Numbered from the whole stretch's first letter, positions 37,197-49,985 are shown. The stretch: DNA of 62,647 bases, filler included, from Reclinomonas americana ATCC 50394 (GCA_048213135.1; 39 parts of 39 records of this genome joined end to end with filler, not necessarily neighbours in it), one strand, 5' to 3'. The notes: generated by a model not told the origin, from the sequence alone. A program made the numbers and translations.

Positions 37197-37774
37197 CTCG
37201 TAGCCGATGGCGCAACATCTGAGGCGAGGCGAAAGGAAAAGCGTACGTCAACATGAGTTCCGCAGAGAACCACACATTTCGCCAACGCAACTCGTCGTGA
37301 ACGACAGCGTCGATCCGGCCACCACAGTCGAATCCGACAGCACAGTCACCGCACGGAAATAGTTGGCCGATCCAGGCGTCAGCTGCGACAGTGCATCACT
37401 GATGCTGCTGGTCGATCCAGACGCACTCGTCGGTGGACCGGCAGTGATGCGGCACTCTCCAGGTTGAAGCCTGATCAATCGAATGATGTTGCCAATTCCA
37501 GGAGAACCGGAAAACTCTAATACAAATGAAACACAGTGAGCGGGACAGCCAGGCGCGAAAAAACAATTCTCCAACCCACCAGTCACATATAGTTGATTGC
37601 CTTGCGCCAAGTACATGCCAAACTGTAAAAGAGCAAGTAAGTACATCAGTGACACACATTGCCACATACTGTACGGCAACTAGCTGTTGCGCGCGAAGCT
37701 CACAATTCATAAAGATGTGCACACGATCGACTAACGAGCAAGCACGGAAATCGCTCAAAGGCGCACGCATACGC

Positions 37775-37812
<38 letters not shown>

Positions 37813-38575
37813 AAGGAAGATAATAATACACACTCCACTACGTTCGCACACACCGGCAATGACACGACGGCATCCGTCAACGGTCCATCGACAGGTTGTG
37901 CGCTTAGCGCAGCCACTGTGAGAGCCGACACCATCATGGTGCTGAGGTCCAGTTGCTTGACGCCGACTGACAAGTCGGCAATGTAAAGAATCCGTCGCAC
38001 TTCATCCAGATACAAAGCGCGTGGATCGGAGAACTTGGCAGTTGCAGCGGCGCCCACAGTGTACCCAATGCTATCTTGGCCAACAAGAGTGCCAAGTTGC
38101 ACTGGACTGGCCGCCAAGTCCAGTTGCCTAACCTTACGACCGCTACGTAATCCCACGTACAGCTTGTTGACAGACAGATCGAGCGCCAGTCCCGCGGGTT
38201 CGTTGAATGTTGGTGTAGTGGTTGAGCAGTCACCGTCGGCAGCGCCAGCAGTACCGTATTGCCCGCAGAGTAGTGTGATGGACGAGCCGTCGGCATTCAC
38301 ACGCCTGTGAAAAAGGGGGGAATACAAAGATACAATCATGAGTGAACGAGTACCATCGCCAACAGTTGTATCAGAGAAGCACACCATGCTCATTTCCCAC
38401 CTGCCACTAACCTTACTGTATGCTTATTGAACTCGGAAAAGTACAACACCTCGTTGCCCGCATCGTACACCACACCGTAGATGAAGTCCGGAGCCGGCGT
38501 GGCACTGCTGCTGGTAACCAACGATGTCGTGTACCCAGCCGACGACACGCGGCGAATGGCGTTATTTGATGACTG
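37197..38575 (-). CDS. NHL-repeat protein with an FN3-like segment, spliced fragment
   Basis: LYFSEFNKHTVRLV, GAADGDCSTTTPTFNEPAGLALD...KLYVG, AKFSDPRALYLD...LYIAD; downstream LTPGSANYFRAV. Confidence 0.78.
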
Positions 38576-40400
38576 TGATAACAGAAGTGAGTTTACAGAG
38601 ACGCACATGGCCAACAGTTTACAGCCAAGCAGAGATGACGGGAAATTGTGTTTCAAATAGGAATGACACAAACATAGCAGCAGCATCACGAGGGGGGGNN
38701 NNNNNNNNNNNNNNNNNNNNNNNNNNNNNNNNNNNNNNNNNNTTAATTAATTAANNNNNNNNNNNNNNNNNNNNNNNNNNNNNNNNNNNNNNNNNNNNCC
38801 AGCACTGGGCGAGAGCTCGGACGACCACTGCGGACCCACGCTGGCCGACGGTGTAACAGCGCCGGCAGAGGGAGCTTGTGCGGTTTCTACAGGGTGTGTG
38901 AGAGTCTTCGCAGACGACGTGGGTGGTGTGCGCGGGCGGAAGAGACAACTCAACGATCGGCCGCGATAACAGGATAATGCACCGTGCCAAACGGCTGCAA
39001 CGTGGTCGGCGACGCAGGCGCCACCGCACACAAGTGCGGCACATACAAGCGCGCCTCCAGCTGGTGCTCCGCATCGTCCTCAATCCGCGCCAACTGCACA
39101 TCGCGCACCGCACGCAACTTGTCCAACAAGCTGTGCAGGCGGAGGGGCGCGTGAGGCACGAGTACAACATACAGAGGATCGTGGATGGACGGACGCACGT
39201 CAGGTGATGCTTTTCGCCAGCCGGCACCGCACGACGAGTCTGCGGCTGCGACAGGGAACAAATTCCATGTGAGCGAGCATGCCCAACGCACGCGCACACA
39301 CACACGCACAACACACACTCTCTTTCCCTCTCTCTCACACACACTCACTCTCACACGCAAGCACGACAAGCACGACAAGCACGCACGACACAAAGGAACG
39401 AGGACAAGATGTGACACCTCCCTTTCTATCTCATTCTCTCGCTCTCTATCTCCAACACTGTTCGCCTATACACATGTGCTGTGTGCGCGCACAATGGGAG
39501 ACACATATACACACACGCATATGTTCATCGCAACTGAGCGCGCGAGCGGTCTCGGTGTCATCATCAATCGCGGAGTAAACATGGACGAGGCCGCAGTGGA
39601 CGCCACCGACGGTGTCGGCGTCATCGGTGTCGGCGTGCTCACCAGCGCCAATGGCGGCGGCCGCACACTCTTACTCAACAGCGCCTGCCCATCTCACACA
39701 CACACACAATGAGAGCACTGATCGCGCATGTGTGAGCGTTTTTCGCGCCAATCGCAACGCACAGGAACAGCTGTTCGCGGAGGCACACTCTGCTGCTGCT
39801 CGTCGTCATCATCGTCATCGTCATCATAGTTGAACCCGTCTTCATCATCATCGTCATCGTCGGCCTCATGCTCATCATCGTTGGTGTGTTTGCTGGTGTG
39901 GCGAGTGGGAGCAAAGGGCGAGATCCGACCGGTGAGAACACTGGCGACGACCTCGCTCGCCACTGAGCTCTCCAGTGAGGGCGCGTCGTGGACACCAGAG
40001 GTGCCACCGCTCATAGTCAACACAGCGTGCGCGGGAACGAAGACGCCGGATCGATCGACTTTCTGTGATCGTTTTGTGCAACATGGAGCCGAGCAGCGCG
40101 GGGCCGACGTACCTGGGCCCGGTGACCATCTTCTCTGTGATCATTCTCCTCGTGTATATGGTGATCTTGTGGCCACTGTGCCTGCTGCTGCGACACTCGG
40201 CACTGCGCAACATGTTTGGTCGCGCTGTCGAGTACTCCAAGCTGCTGCGGCTGCAGTCGCAGTCGTTCTTCAGTCATCACAAGGAGCATCATCATCATCC
40301 NNNNNNNNNNNNNNNNNNNNNNNNNNNNNNNNNNNNNNNNNNNNTTAATTAATTAANNNNNNNNNNNNNNNNNNNNNNNNNNNNNNNNNNNNNNNNNNNN

Positions 40401-41902
40401 CCCGCCCCCCCCCCCCTTCCTTTCCCCCTTCTCCACCCTCCCACGCAACTGGTGTTGTGAATGGTCTGCATCATCGATATCCGGTCAGCAGCCGTGGCAG
40501 AGTTGGTCGACGTGGCAGTGGCGTACACCTGGTACGTGTACGACGTATTGGCCGTCAGCGACGTGTCGGCAGTGTAAGCAGCGGTAGTCGCCCAGCCAGC
40601 CGGCAGCGGCATCGTGGCCACAGACACAGGGGTCGCGCTGGCCACGGAAAATAGTGAACGCAGTCACGGCGTTGGAGCCAAAGTTCTGCGGAATCGTCCA
40701 CTGCAGGAAGATGTTGTTGAGGCCGTACTGCGTCACCACGAGGCTGGTCGGCGGGTTCGGCACGACGCCAGAAGCAGCCGGAGTGGTGAGGTTGATGGCA
40801 GTGCTGAACACGCACGTCACCGGGTTGGCGGCAGTGCCAGCCGGGTTGAAGGGCGACGTCGGGAAGGCAATCGAGAACTGGTTGCTGGCGCAGATCTGCA
40901 GGTTGACCGAGGTGCCAGCCGGCAGGCCAGTCACGTCAATGTAGTAGGTCGACAGGTTGTTGTTCGAATTCCACGACGCCGCAGTACCGCTGCCGTTGGT
41001 GGACGGGAACGAGCTGGTGTCAATGTTGACGGCAGAGCCGGCAGTGGCAGCTGTCACCGACGAGGCGCTGGTGGTCGAGTACAACACACGGTAGGCGCTC
41101 ACGTTCGGGGTCGGGTTCGTCACGTTGCCCTGAGTGGCGCTCGAGGTGGCAGTGTTGGAGCCGCCGACGCTGATTGGGGTCGAGAAGTTCAGGCGCACGC
41201 CAGTCGAGAACAGGCGCGAGTACGCCACGTTGGTGGGCGCAGCCGGCACGGAGCCGTTGTTGTCGGTGGTGGCCTGGATCGAGCCGGCCGCCGAGGCAGC
41301 GGTGTTGTTGTTGACTGTCACCTTGATCTTGGTCGTGTACTGCGTGGCCGCCACAAAGTTGGTGATGGCGTTGTTCATCGTGAAGGCACAAAGACGCCAG
41401 AGGTGTACGAGAACAGGCCGAAGAACGACGTGGCGAGCGTGCCAGAGCCAGTCGCGCCGGTGGTGATGGCAGGCTGGTCAGTGCTGCCATTGGTCACCGT
41501 GTAGGCGGCAGTCGGCGCAGCGGTAGTGTCGCCAGTGCCAAAGGTGGCCGGGTAGTTGAAGGCGACGACAAACGACGTCGAAGTGACCTGATCCACAGAG
41601 CCAGTGTACGGAGACGCAGTGTAGCCAGTCGGCGTGGCCGACGCACCCGACGCCAGAGTCACCGTCACGGCAGTCGAGAACGTCAGGCTGGCACCGTTGG
41701 CACCCGGAGTGCCGCTGCCGTTATTGTAGGCCGCCGTCAGGCAAGTTACCTCGACGAGCACGCGGTTGCGCGACGTGCCAGCGCTGCCGGTCGGGATGCC
41801 AAAGTCGGTCAGGTCGGAAATGGTGGTGACCACCGTCACCGCACCGGTGCCGCAGTCCGACTTGACGTACCACGACGGAGCACCGCCAATCACGCCCACA
41901 TT
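40401..41902 (-). pseudogene. Thr/Ala/Asn-rich FN3-repeat surface-type protein, copy A, frameshifted
   Basis: VPAAPTNV, VTGLPAGTSVNLQICASN, VPNPPTSLVV..LQWTIP..G..VTAFTI, LTANTSYTYQVYAT (FN3 hallmarks); 10-bp deletion near 41386 relative to copy B and a shift near 40650. Confidence 0.6.
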
Positions 41903-42002
41903 NNNNNNNNNNNNNNNNNNNNNNNNNNNNNNNNNNNNNNNNNNNNTTAATTAATTAANNNNNNNNNNNNNNNNNNNNNNNNNNNNNNNNNNNNNNNNNN
42001 NN

Positions 42003-42844
42003 CGGGTGCGGATGTCCAGGGCTTCGCCGCGGGCGACCGGGTGAGCGTCGCGCCGAACGTCGGCTGCGGCGAGTGCGCGATGTGCCGCCGCGGGCTGAAC
42101 CAGCTGTGCCCGACGTACGACGCCTTCGGCATCACGCTGAACGGCGGATTCGAGGAATACATGCTCGTGCCCGCCGTGGCGATCGAGCGCGGGAACCTCT
42201 TCCACGTCCCGGATGCCGTGAGCGACGAGATCGCCGCGATCATGGAGCCGATGTCGTGCTGCCTGCACGGTCAGCGCAAGGTCGAGGTCTCTCCGGACGA
42301 CTCGGTGCTGATCATCGGCGCAGGTCCCATCGGCTGCTTCCACACCGTGCTCGCGAAGCGCGCGGGCGCCCGCCAGGTGATCGTGGCCAACACGCGACAG
42401 CCGCGACTGGACATCGCCGGGCGGCTGGGCGCCGACCACCTCATCAACGTGACCGAGCAGGACCTGCATGACGAGGTCATGGCTCTGACCGGCGGCGTCG
42501 GCGTCGATGTCGTCATCACCTGCGTCTCCAAGCCCGACGTCATCGCCTCGACCACGGACCTCGCCGGACGCCTCGGACGCATCAACGTCTTCTCCGGGCT
42601 CGGCGATCAGGCCAGGCCCGCGATCGACGTGAACGCGCTCCACTACCAGGAGCAGACGCTCACCGGCACGACCGGGTCGAGCGTCACCGACTACGGCGAC
42701 GTCATCGACATCATCGCGGAGAGCGACGTGGACCTCAGCCCCATCATCACCGCGCGGTTCGCGCTCGACGACATCGAGGCGGCGATGGAGCACTCCCGCT
42801 CCGGCGTCGGCATGAAGTCGCTGATCACCTTCCCCGACAGATAA
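42003..42844 (+). CDS. Zinc-binding (MDR) sugar/polyol dehydrogenase, 5' truncated (bacterial)
   Basis: GDRV..PNVGCGECAMCRRGLNQLC, GGFEEY, EPMSCCLHG, VLIIGAGPIG. Confidence 0.92.
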
Positions 42845-42852
42845 GGACAGAC

Positions 42853-43447
42853 ATGAGCACCGCATCCCTCACTCCCACCACCCGTTCCGTCGCGACGCAG
42901 TTCGATCTGTCGACCGGCCTCGCCGCCGGAACAGCGTCGCTGCGTCGCCCTCTCTCGGCGATGGCCGGCATGTACGCGGACGCGACGGCTTTCGCCGAGG
43001 CCGTCGCGGTCGACGACGTGCTGAGCTACGAGTTCTACGACATGGGGGTGCCGTCGCTCGAGACCGAGATCGCCTATGGGACGAGCGTGACCTACCCGGC
43101 CGCGTCGGCGACGAGTACTTCATGACCAAGGGGCACGTCCACACCCGTCTGGAGGCCGCAGAGATCTACCTGTGCCTCTCCGGCGAAGGCCTCATGCTGA
43201 TGGAGAGCCCCCGAGGGGGGATGTGCAGGTCGAGGAGTTCCGCGCCGGACGTTCGGTGTACGTGCCCGGCCGCTACGCGCATCGCAGCATCAACACCTCG
43301 GCCACCGAACCCCTGATCACCTTCTTCGCGTTCCCCGGGGATGCCGGGCACGACTACGGCACGATCGAGACGAAGGGGTTCCGCAAGATCGTCGTCGATC
43401 GCGACGGCGTGCCCACCCTGCAGGACAACCCTCGTTGGAAGAGCTGA
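42853..43447 (+). CDS. Cupin-type (archaeal-like) glucose-6-phosphate isomerase; frameshifts at homopolymers (~43097, ~43210-43220)
   Basis: AAGGA RBS; rejoined frames read YGTSVTYPGRVGDEYFMTKGHVH...EIYLCLSGEGLMLME...VYVPGRYAHRSINT...DAGHDYGTIETKGF. Confidence 0.85.
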
Positions 43448-43602
43448 CGCCCGGAGCCCCGGAGCGCTGCCATGGCAACAGCCGGACGACCGTCTAGACT
43501 CCNNNNNNNNNNNNNNNNNNNNNNNNNNNNNNNNNNNNNNNNNNNNTTAATTAATTAANNNNNNNNNNNNNNNNNNNNNNNNNNNNNNNNNNNNNNNNNN
43601 NN

Positions 43603-44291
43603 GGAACGTCGACGATGAACGGCTGAACGCCCGCCTCGGCGAAGGCGGCGCGGATCCCGTCGAAGCGCGGCCCGATCGTGACCGAGTGCCGTGGAGACGA
43701 GACTGCGCGGGGATTGTTGCCGATCACCCCGACGCGGCGGTGCCCGGCTTCGGTGAGCAGATGCGCCATCGCGTGTCCGGCTGTGCGCTCGTCCGGTAGC
43801 ACGGAGGGGTGCCGGGTGGTCGACGTCCCGTTCACGATCACGACCGGGACGTCGTGCGGCGTCTGCGGAACCTCGATCATGCGGGCGCCGAGGAGTCCGA
43901 TCAGGATGCCGTCGACGCGGCGGTCGATCATCGCCTGGATCTCGTCGGAGATGGTCGCGTCGTCGCCCTCCGTCTCGGCGATGAGCACAGTGTGGCCGTG
44001 CTCCTTCGCCGCAGAGAGCAGGCCGCGGATCATCTCGGACGCGTAGCGGGTCACCGTGATCTGATCGGAGATGAAGCCGAGCGTCTTCGTCTTCCCGAGT
44101 CGAAGGCTCTGCGCCGCCGGGTTCGGCCGGTAGCCCAGTTCCTCTGCGGCGGCCCTGACCCGTCGCGCGGCATCGACGGAGAGGCGCGAGCCCGGTCGGT
44201 CGTTCAGGATCATGCTGACGGCGGCCTTCGACATGCCGGAGAGCGTGGCCACATCGGCGAGCGTCGGCCTGCGATCCACGTTCTTCGGCAT
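43603..44291 (-). CDS. LacI-family transcriptional regulator, 3' truncated
   Basis: PTLADVATLSGMSKAAVSMILN...AAEELGYRPNPAAQSLR. Confidence 0.95.
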
Positions 44292-44357
44292 GGGCTTCCT
44301 CCCGTCACGACAGTCCCAGCTTAGGCAGTGGCGGCTCTACCGCGGAACCACTGGTGA

Positions 44358-44426
44358 TGAATTGATTCAGCAAAATCGTTGCAGGTTCGATTCCACGATG
44401 CTAGCCTCGGCGATGCTGAATCAATT
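44358..44426. promoter_or_regulatory. Two LacI-type operator sites in the divergent promoter
   Basis: TGAATTGATTCA (44358-44369) is pseudo-palindromic; AATTGATTCAGCA (44360-44372) is the exact reverse complement of TGCTGAATCAATT (44414-44426). Confidence 0.7.
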
Positions 44427-44488
44427 TAGCTTTCCGGGTCGGGCATCATTCCTCCGCCCGCGGAGTCAAGAAAACAGGAGAGAACATC

Positions 44489-45101
44489 GTGGTTGATCTC
44501 ACTCGCAGAGCCCTGTTCGGCGCGATCGGACTGGGGATCGTCGGCACCGTGGTCTCGTGGCCGCGGCTCACCGGCGCCGACATCCCCGGGCGCGGACAGG
44601 ATGTCCTGACAGTCGCTCTCTTCGGCACCGCGCAGGATGCCGTGGCTCGTCAGTCGCTGGTCGACGGGTTCCAGCGCAAGCATCCCGGCATCGAAGTGCG
44701 CATCGTCGCCATTCAGGGGCAGGACTGGAGCGAGTACTTCGCGAAGATCCTGACGATGATCGCGGCGGGCACACCACCGGATGTCGTCACGGTGGCGACC
44801 GAGGGCGCACAACTCTTCGCATCACGGCTGGCGCACCCGCTCGACGATCTCGTGCGCCGGGACGCCGCGGAGATGCAGGAGTACTTCGACGACGTCAACC
44901 CGACTCTCATCGAGGCGTTCATGTATCAGGGCAGCCTGTTCCAGCTGCCCGACAACTTCAATGCGGCGAACGTCTTCTACAGCACGCAGGCCATGGAGCG
45001 CGCCGGGCTCGAACGCCCCGCCGACAACTGGACCCCTGGACGATTTCTTCGCGACGGCCCGTGCGATGAAGAGAGCGCTCCCGGTCAGTTCCTGCCGTAC
45101 T
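44489..45101 (+). CDS. Sugar ABC transporter extracellular solute-binding protein with a twin-arginine-like leader, 3' truncated
   Basis: AGGAG RBS; LTRRALFG; FQRKHPGIEV...KILTMIAAGTPPDV...PLDDL...YQGSLFQLP. Confidence 0.88.
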
Positions 45102-45410
45102 NNNNNNNNNNNNNNNNNNNNNNNNNNNNNNNNNNNNNNNNNNNNTTAATTAATTAANNNNNNNNNNNNNNNNNNNNNNNNNNNNNNNNNNNNNNNNNNN
45201 NCTCCTAAGTTTGCTCCTCTGTATACCGCGCCGCTTTCTCTCTCTCCTCTTCTCATCTCCACTCGTCTCTTGCTTTCTCTCTTCCTTTTCTTCGGCTTGG
45301 TCTCTTTGCTTGTTGTTCTCTCCTTATCTGCTCTCTCTCTCACACACTCTCGCATGAGAAAGAAAGGCTCACTTCGCGTTTGTCACCGTACCCACGAATG
45401 TGCAGCTTCT

Positions 45411-46515
45411 GTTATGGCGGCCGATGCACGTATTTCATTCTCCCCTACATCAACAGGGGCGTACAATCAATGGTTGAAAGAGAAACATCGGCCGTGTTGG
45501 CGAGCGGAGAAGTTGTCATTCGCCGTCGCAAGATTCCGAAGAAAACGGCTGTACTCCTTCAGCTGTGCGGATTCGGTGACCTCTGTGCTCGCATGGAACT
45601 GATGGTACGTTTGACGCCTGCTAGCTGGCTCGCCCTGCAGTTGCCTTTGGTCTGATGTTTTAAATTCACCAGAGCGCCAATTTCGACATCCTGCTCGATC
45701 ATCTTGGTGTGCGGCATCAGTTGTATCCCGACGACGCGCCGCAAGGCGTCGTCCAACGGCTGTCAGAAGCGGGATCGACTGCTACCTGTATTTGCGGCAC
45801 CGTGTATGCCACACCACCGGGAGGCAAGAAGACGCTGCAGTGCACAAGGACCCCCGTCGAGTGTATCCTCGGCGGGATGCTCGTAGACCGAGACGAGAAA
45901 AGCTCGGCTTGCATCATGGCCATTTGGCTTGCCTTTGCCTGTCTGCTCTCGCTGTGGAACGCGAACCCTGCAGCGGTTCAGCCACCGCCACCACCGCCGC
46001 CAACAGTGCCAGTGGACGACGTGACGGAATCAGTGGCGGAGGGATCAGCCTCGCTGCAGTCTCCTCCACCGCCCCCACCTGCAGCCGCACCAGCAGCCAC
46101 TGGAGCAGCAGCAGCAGCGGCGGCGGCGGCGGTAGCACGAGCAGAATTTGCAATCGAAGCGGCGCCGGCGAGTGTTACGGTTCGTTTGCAACAAGCTGTC
46201 GACATGGTTGAGCCGTACGGAAAGCGACTGGGAGGCTGGGAGAGGAGCTGGGTTAATGGCGGAAAGGGTCCGGTCTCCGTCTCAGACGAGAAGCAATTCG
46301 CCGACTTCATTAGCGAGCTGAGGAAGCACCTGGAGGTGGTGCGGACAGTGTGGGAATCGTTTGAACGCGACGCTGACGGCAACGTCGTCGACGAGCTCAA
46401 CGAGGCCGGCGATGTCTCTTTGTGCAAGTATGCTGGCAACTCTCTCATCGGCTTGCTGGAGCGAGCCGATGACCTGCTCAAGGCGGCAACGAGTGCACGC
46501 GAGCGCAGCAGTTGA
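45411..46515 (+). CDS. Uncharacterised eukaryotic gene, 3' exons
   Basis: Open exons with a GT-AG intron at ~45606-45672 and a Pro/Ala-rich linker; no family recognised. Confidence 0.4.
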
Positions 46516-47402
46516 CGACGGTAGTCACAGCCGATTCGCGTTGCGTCTCCTCGAAAGTGCTTGAAACGATGTCTTGTACGCCTGCTGTGACATTGCGACA
46601 GGCGATACAGACTTCGCGATGCGCACGCGCCCAGTACTTTGTCGCCCGCAGCGGATACATAATCTACAAGTCACGGGAGGAGTGTGCGGTGNNNNNNNNN
46701 NNNNNNNNNNNNNNNNNNNNNNNNNNNNNNNNNNNTTAATTAATTAANNNNNNNNNNNNNNNNNNNNNNNNNNNNNNNNNNNNNNNNNNNNCACAGACCG
46801 TGCACGATCGGGCACGCTGTGCGACACCTCCAGTCCCTGTCACTGCCCGTCAGCGCAACGCATGGACAGCTGCGGAGCAAGCAGGAGGAGAGCACAACTG
46901 TGATGAGATCCCAGTCGATCTCGTACCGCGCTCGCACAAAGAACGTGGGCCGGTTGCCCAGCACATCGTCGAACCAGGTCTCCTGTCGAAACCGCGTGTC
47001 GCCACCCTCCTCAAAGAACCGAAACTCGAGGATCACATGCCTATGTCAATGTGAGTATAACTGCATGCATTCGAGAGACAGAGAGGATGATCGCACCGGC
47101 GATCAGTGGCCAAGCCAAACCACACATTGCGATAGAACTTGCCACCAGAGGCACCCACCGACATGAGTCTGTGTGAGTGAGTGAGTGAGCGAGTGAGAGC
47201 ATTGAGAGAAGACAAGAAGAGAAGGCAGCACACCGGAAAAACGAGGCCGCATCGAGCTCCCGCTGTGCACACGCATGCTCACTGAGCAGTACGAGGTTGG
47301 CCACATCGCGTGGCAACTCGCCCATGACAAACAACGAGTGAGAGGAACGAGAAGTCGCGCGTCCTCTGTCCTTTCGTTGTGTGTCTGTCTGTGAGCAGTC
47401 AG

Positions 47403-48290
47403 ATGGCGTCGTCCGCGGCCGCTGCAGTCATGTCCAGTGCGTGTGTGGACGCGGGAGTGGTGGAGGTGCCTGTGGCCACTGAGGACACGTGCAGTGGTGA
47501 TGTGAATGGTGTGACAGTGTGCGCACATCGTGTGCTGTCGGGCGACGATGTCGCACAAGTGCATCAGCGACTGAATGAGGCACTGGAGCCACTCGGTTTC
47601 GAGTGTGATCCCTTTCTGGTTTGCCACGAGTGTGTCGTGTGACAGAGAGACTGAGAGACTGATGGATTACTTGCAGGCGGGGTGGTATCATTCGTATGTG
47701 TCGGAGGAGTATGTGCTGCCGGTGGATGACTCGACGCTGTGTTTCATTGTGCTTAGCACGCCTCGTATGTTTGATGCGTCGTTCAAGCCGTTTGTGTGCG
47801 CGCATCGACCGCGGCGAGATGCGATGGATGAGTGCATGAAGCATGTGCTGGGCGGCACGGTGGTGCGCACGCTGGCCTCCAAGTTCAGTCAGATGGAGGT
47901 CGTGTATGAGTTTGAGATGCAGGTGAGCGTGCGTGGACCCTTTACAAGTAGATTTGTGTCATGGCTTGTAGATGTGCCATGCTCGAGGAGAGAACTTTGG
48001 TGACACATTGACATAGAGGGAGAGGGGGAGGGGGAGGGAGGGAGAGAGAGAGAGATATATGCAGAACCTTTCGCAAGGGGCACAAGAGAGACAGGGAAAG
48101 CACAGTGCCGTGTCCGTGTTTGCCGGTATCAATCCAGTTGGTGATGGCGCAGAATCGATTGGTTGTCCTCACGCGCCCTCCTTTGCTTTTTTTTTTTTGC
48201 AACACAGCGGGGCGCCTCTCGCCGTCCACGCATTCTCGTGCAGACTATGGGCCATGTGGCCGGCACGGCGCGATTCTACCGTCGCGAAGA
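47403..48290 (+). CDS. MMACHC: Cobalamin-processing chaperone MMACHC/CblC, spliced, 3' truncated
   Basis: LEPLGFECDPFL|AGWYHSYV...STLCFIVLSTPRMFD..FKPF...DAMDECM...|RRPRILVQTMGHVAGTARFYRR parallels CblC motifs (GFEVYPF..WYN, LSTPAMFD, RRPKILAQTAAHVAG). Confidence 0.88.
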
Positions 48291-48390
48291 NNNNNNNNNN
48301 NNNNNNNNNNNNNNNNNNNNNNNNNNNNNNNNNNTTAATTAATTAANNNNNNNNNNNNNNNNNNNNNNNNNNNNNNNNNNNNNNNNNNNN

Positions 48391-48808
48391 GGCTCCTGCT
48401 CCAAGACCGGCACATGCACAGTGCGTAAGCTGTCCCTCGTTTTCATTCCCTGTCGCCATCTCACTCCCCCTCGCGCAGTGTGTCAACCGTTACTCGGGCG
48501 CCTTTTGCGAGATCCCGCCGCCCACCATCACCGCCACGGCCTCGTGCTACCGCTCTCGCACCGGCATCATCAAGGCCAACTTCACCAACATGCCGCCGAC
48601 CGCCTTCCTCATGGTGGTCACCGCACTGACCGATGTCAATCGCATCGCCGGCACCATCACGGTGCCGGTAAGCGGCAGTGGCTCGGTGGACCTGGGCTCC
48701 GCCAACGCCGCCACCGGCACCTTCTTTATCAAGGCGTTTACCAATGTGACCAGCCGGGCGTCGATTACGGCCACGGCGCCCAAGTTCACCGTGACCCTGA
48801 CGTGCTAG
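48391..48808 (+). CDS. 3' end of an extracellular protein: EGF-like module plus beta-rich terminal domain
   Basis: GSCSKTGTCT|CVNRYSGAFCE EGF spacing across an intron; stop at 48808. Confidence 0.55.
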
Positions 48809-49851
48809 GCGTTGGGGAGAGAGGGAGAGTGAGTGAGTGAGAGAGGTAGGGGTGGAAGGAGAGAGATGAGCCACACATCTCCTGCCGCGTAGCCGCGCGC
48901 AGTGAGTGTATAGTATCTTTGCGAGTGTGGAAACTGGGGGGGGATGTTACAGACTTTGCACGCTCCGCTTACATGCATTCGTGGCCTTGACCCTTGGCTC
49001 TCGATTACTTGACCCTTTGACTTACGCAACAGGTGGCCGCGTATACGGCATACAAGGGGGATGACAAGGGTCAAGGAACCCGGCCACCGCAATCGACTAC
49101 AACTGTATGGCTGGCAAGGCAGATGTTGCGTGTCGCGATCGGTGGCATGTATGGCACGTACACGGAAACAGCCTGCTGCACATGGCCACGACCTGTATGG
49201 TGGTGGTCGCTGCGATGATTTTCGAATTCCAACCGGCAAGCGTGCATATTCGAAGGCAGCTTGTATTCGATAGGTGCACAGCTGCAGCTAGCGCTTCAGA
49301 GCCAACAGAAAACTCAAGCTGAAGCTCGTATGTATACGAAACACGTCCGGCAGATCTTGGCCTAAATTCGAAACAAGCTGAAGCTTCGCGATCGCTGCGG
49401 ATCAATTGTGATCGTGTACCCTCCACTGATGATCGCATGTTCTCGACTTGTGCCACTACCGTCAAGACTGCGCGCGTGGAAGAGAAATTGTGTAAACTCG
49501 CACATGATGCACCGAGGTGACACTTATCATCACAACTTTCCCGCCACAATCACAATCACTTCTTCTTCGCAATGACAACCGCGGAGCTCACCCTCCCGCT
49601 GCACTGTGACAAGGTGCCAGTGGGCAGTGGTGGTGGCGCCTACACACTGCACAGTGTGGGCGGGCGGCGAAGCTCCACTCAGCGTCGCGTCTTGTTGTCG
49701 CCTCCGCTGGCGTCTGCAGGCGGAGAAGAGGAGTCAATGTCGTCGTGGTCGGTGTCACAGCAGCAGCAGCAGCAGCAGAGTAAGAGTGGGGTGAGTGGTG
49801 GAGGGAAGGATGGAGGGAGGGAGAGAGAGGAGGGAGGGAGGGAGAAGAAGA

Positions 49852-49885
<34 letters not shown>

Positions 49886-49985
49886 NNNNNNNNNNNNNNN
49901 NNNNNNNNNNNNNNNNNNNNNNNNNNNNNTTAATTAATTAANNNNNNNNNNNNNNNNNNNNNNNNNNNNNNNNNNNNNNNNNNNN

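Noticed and set aside
43090..43225. Programmed frameshifting or pseudogenisation of the cupin PGI (also SBP near 45035, kinase near 52705)
   Set aside because: The breaks sit at homopolymer runs in unrelated organisms, typical of 454/Ion Torrent-type errors.
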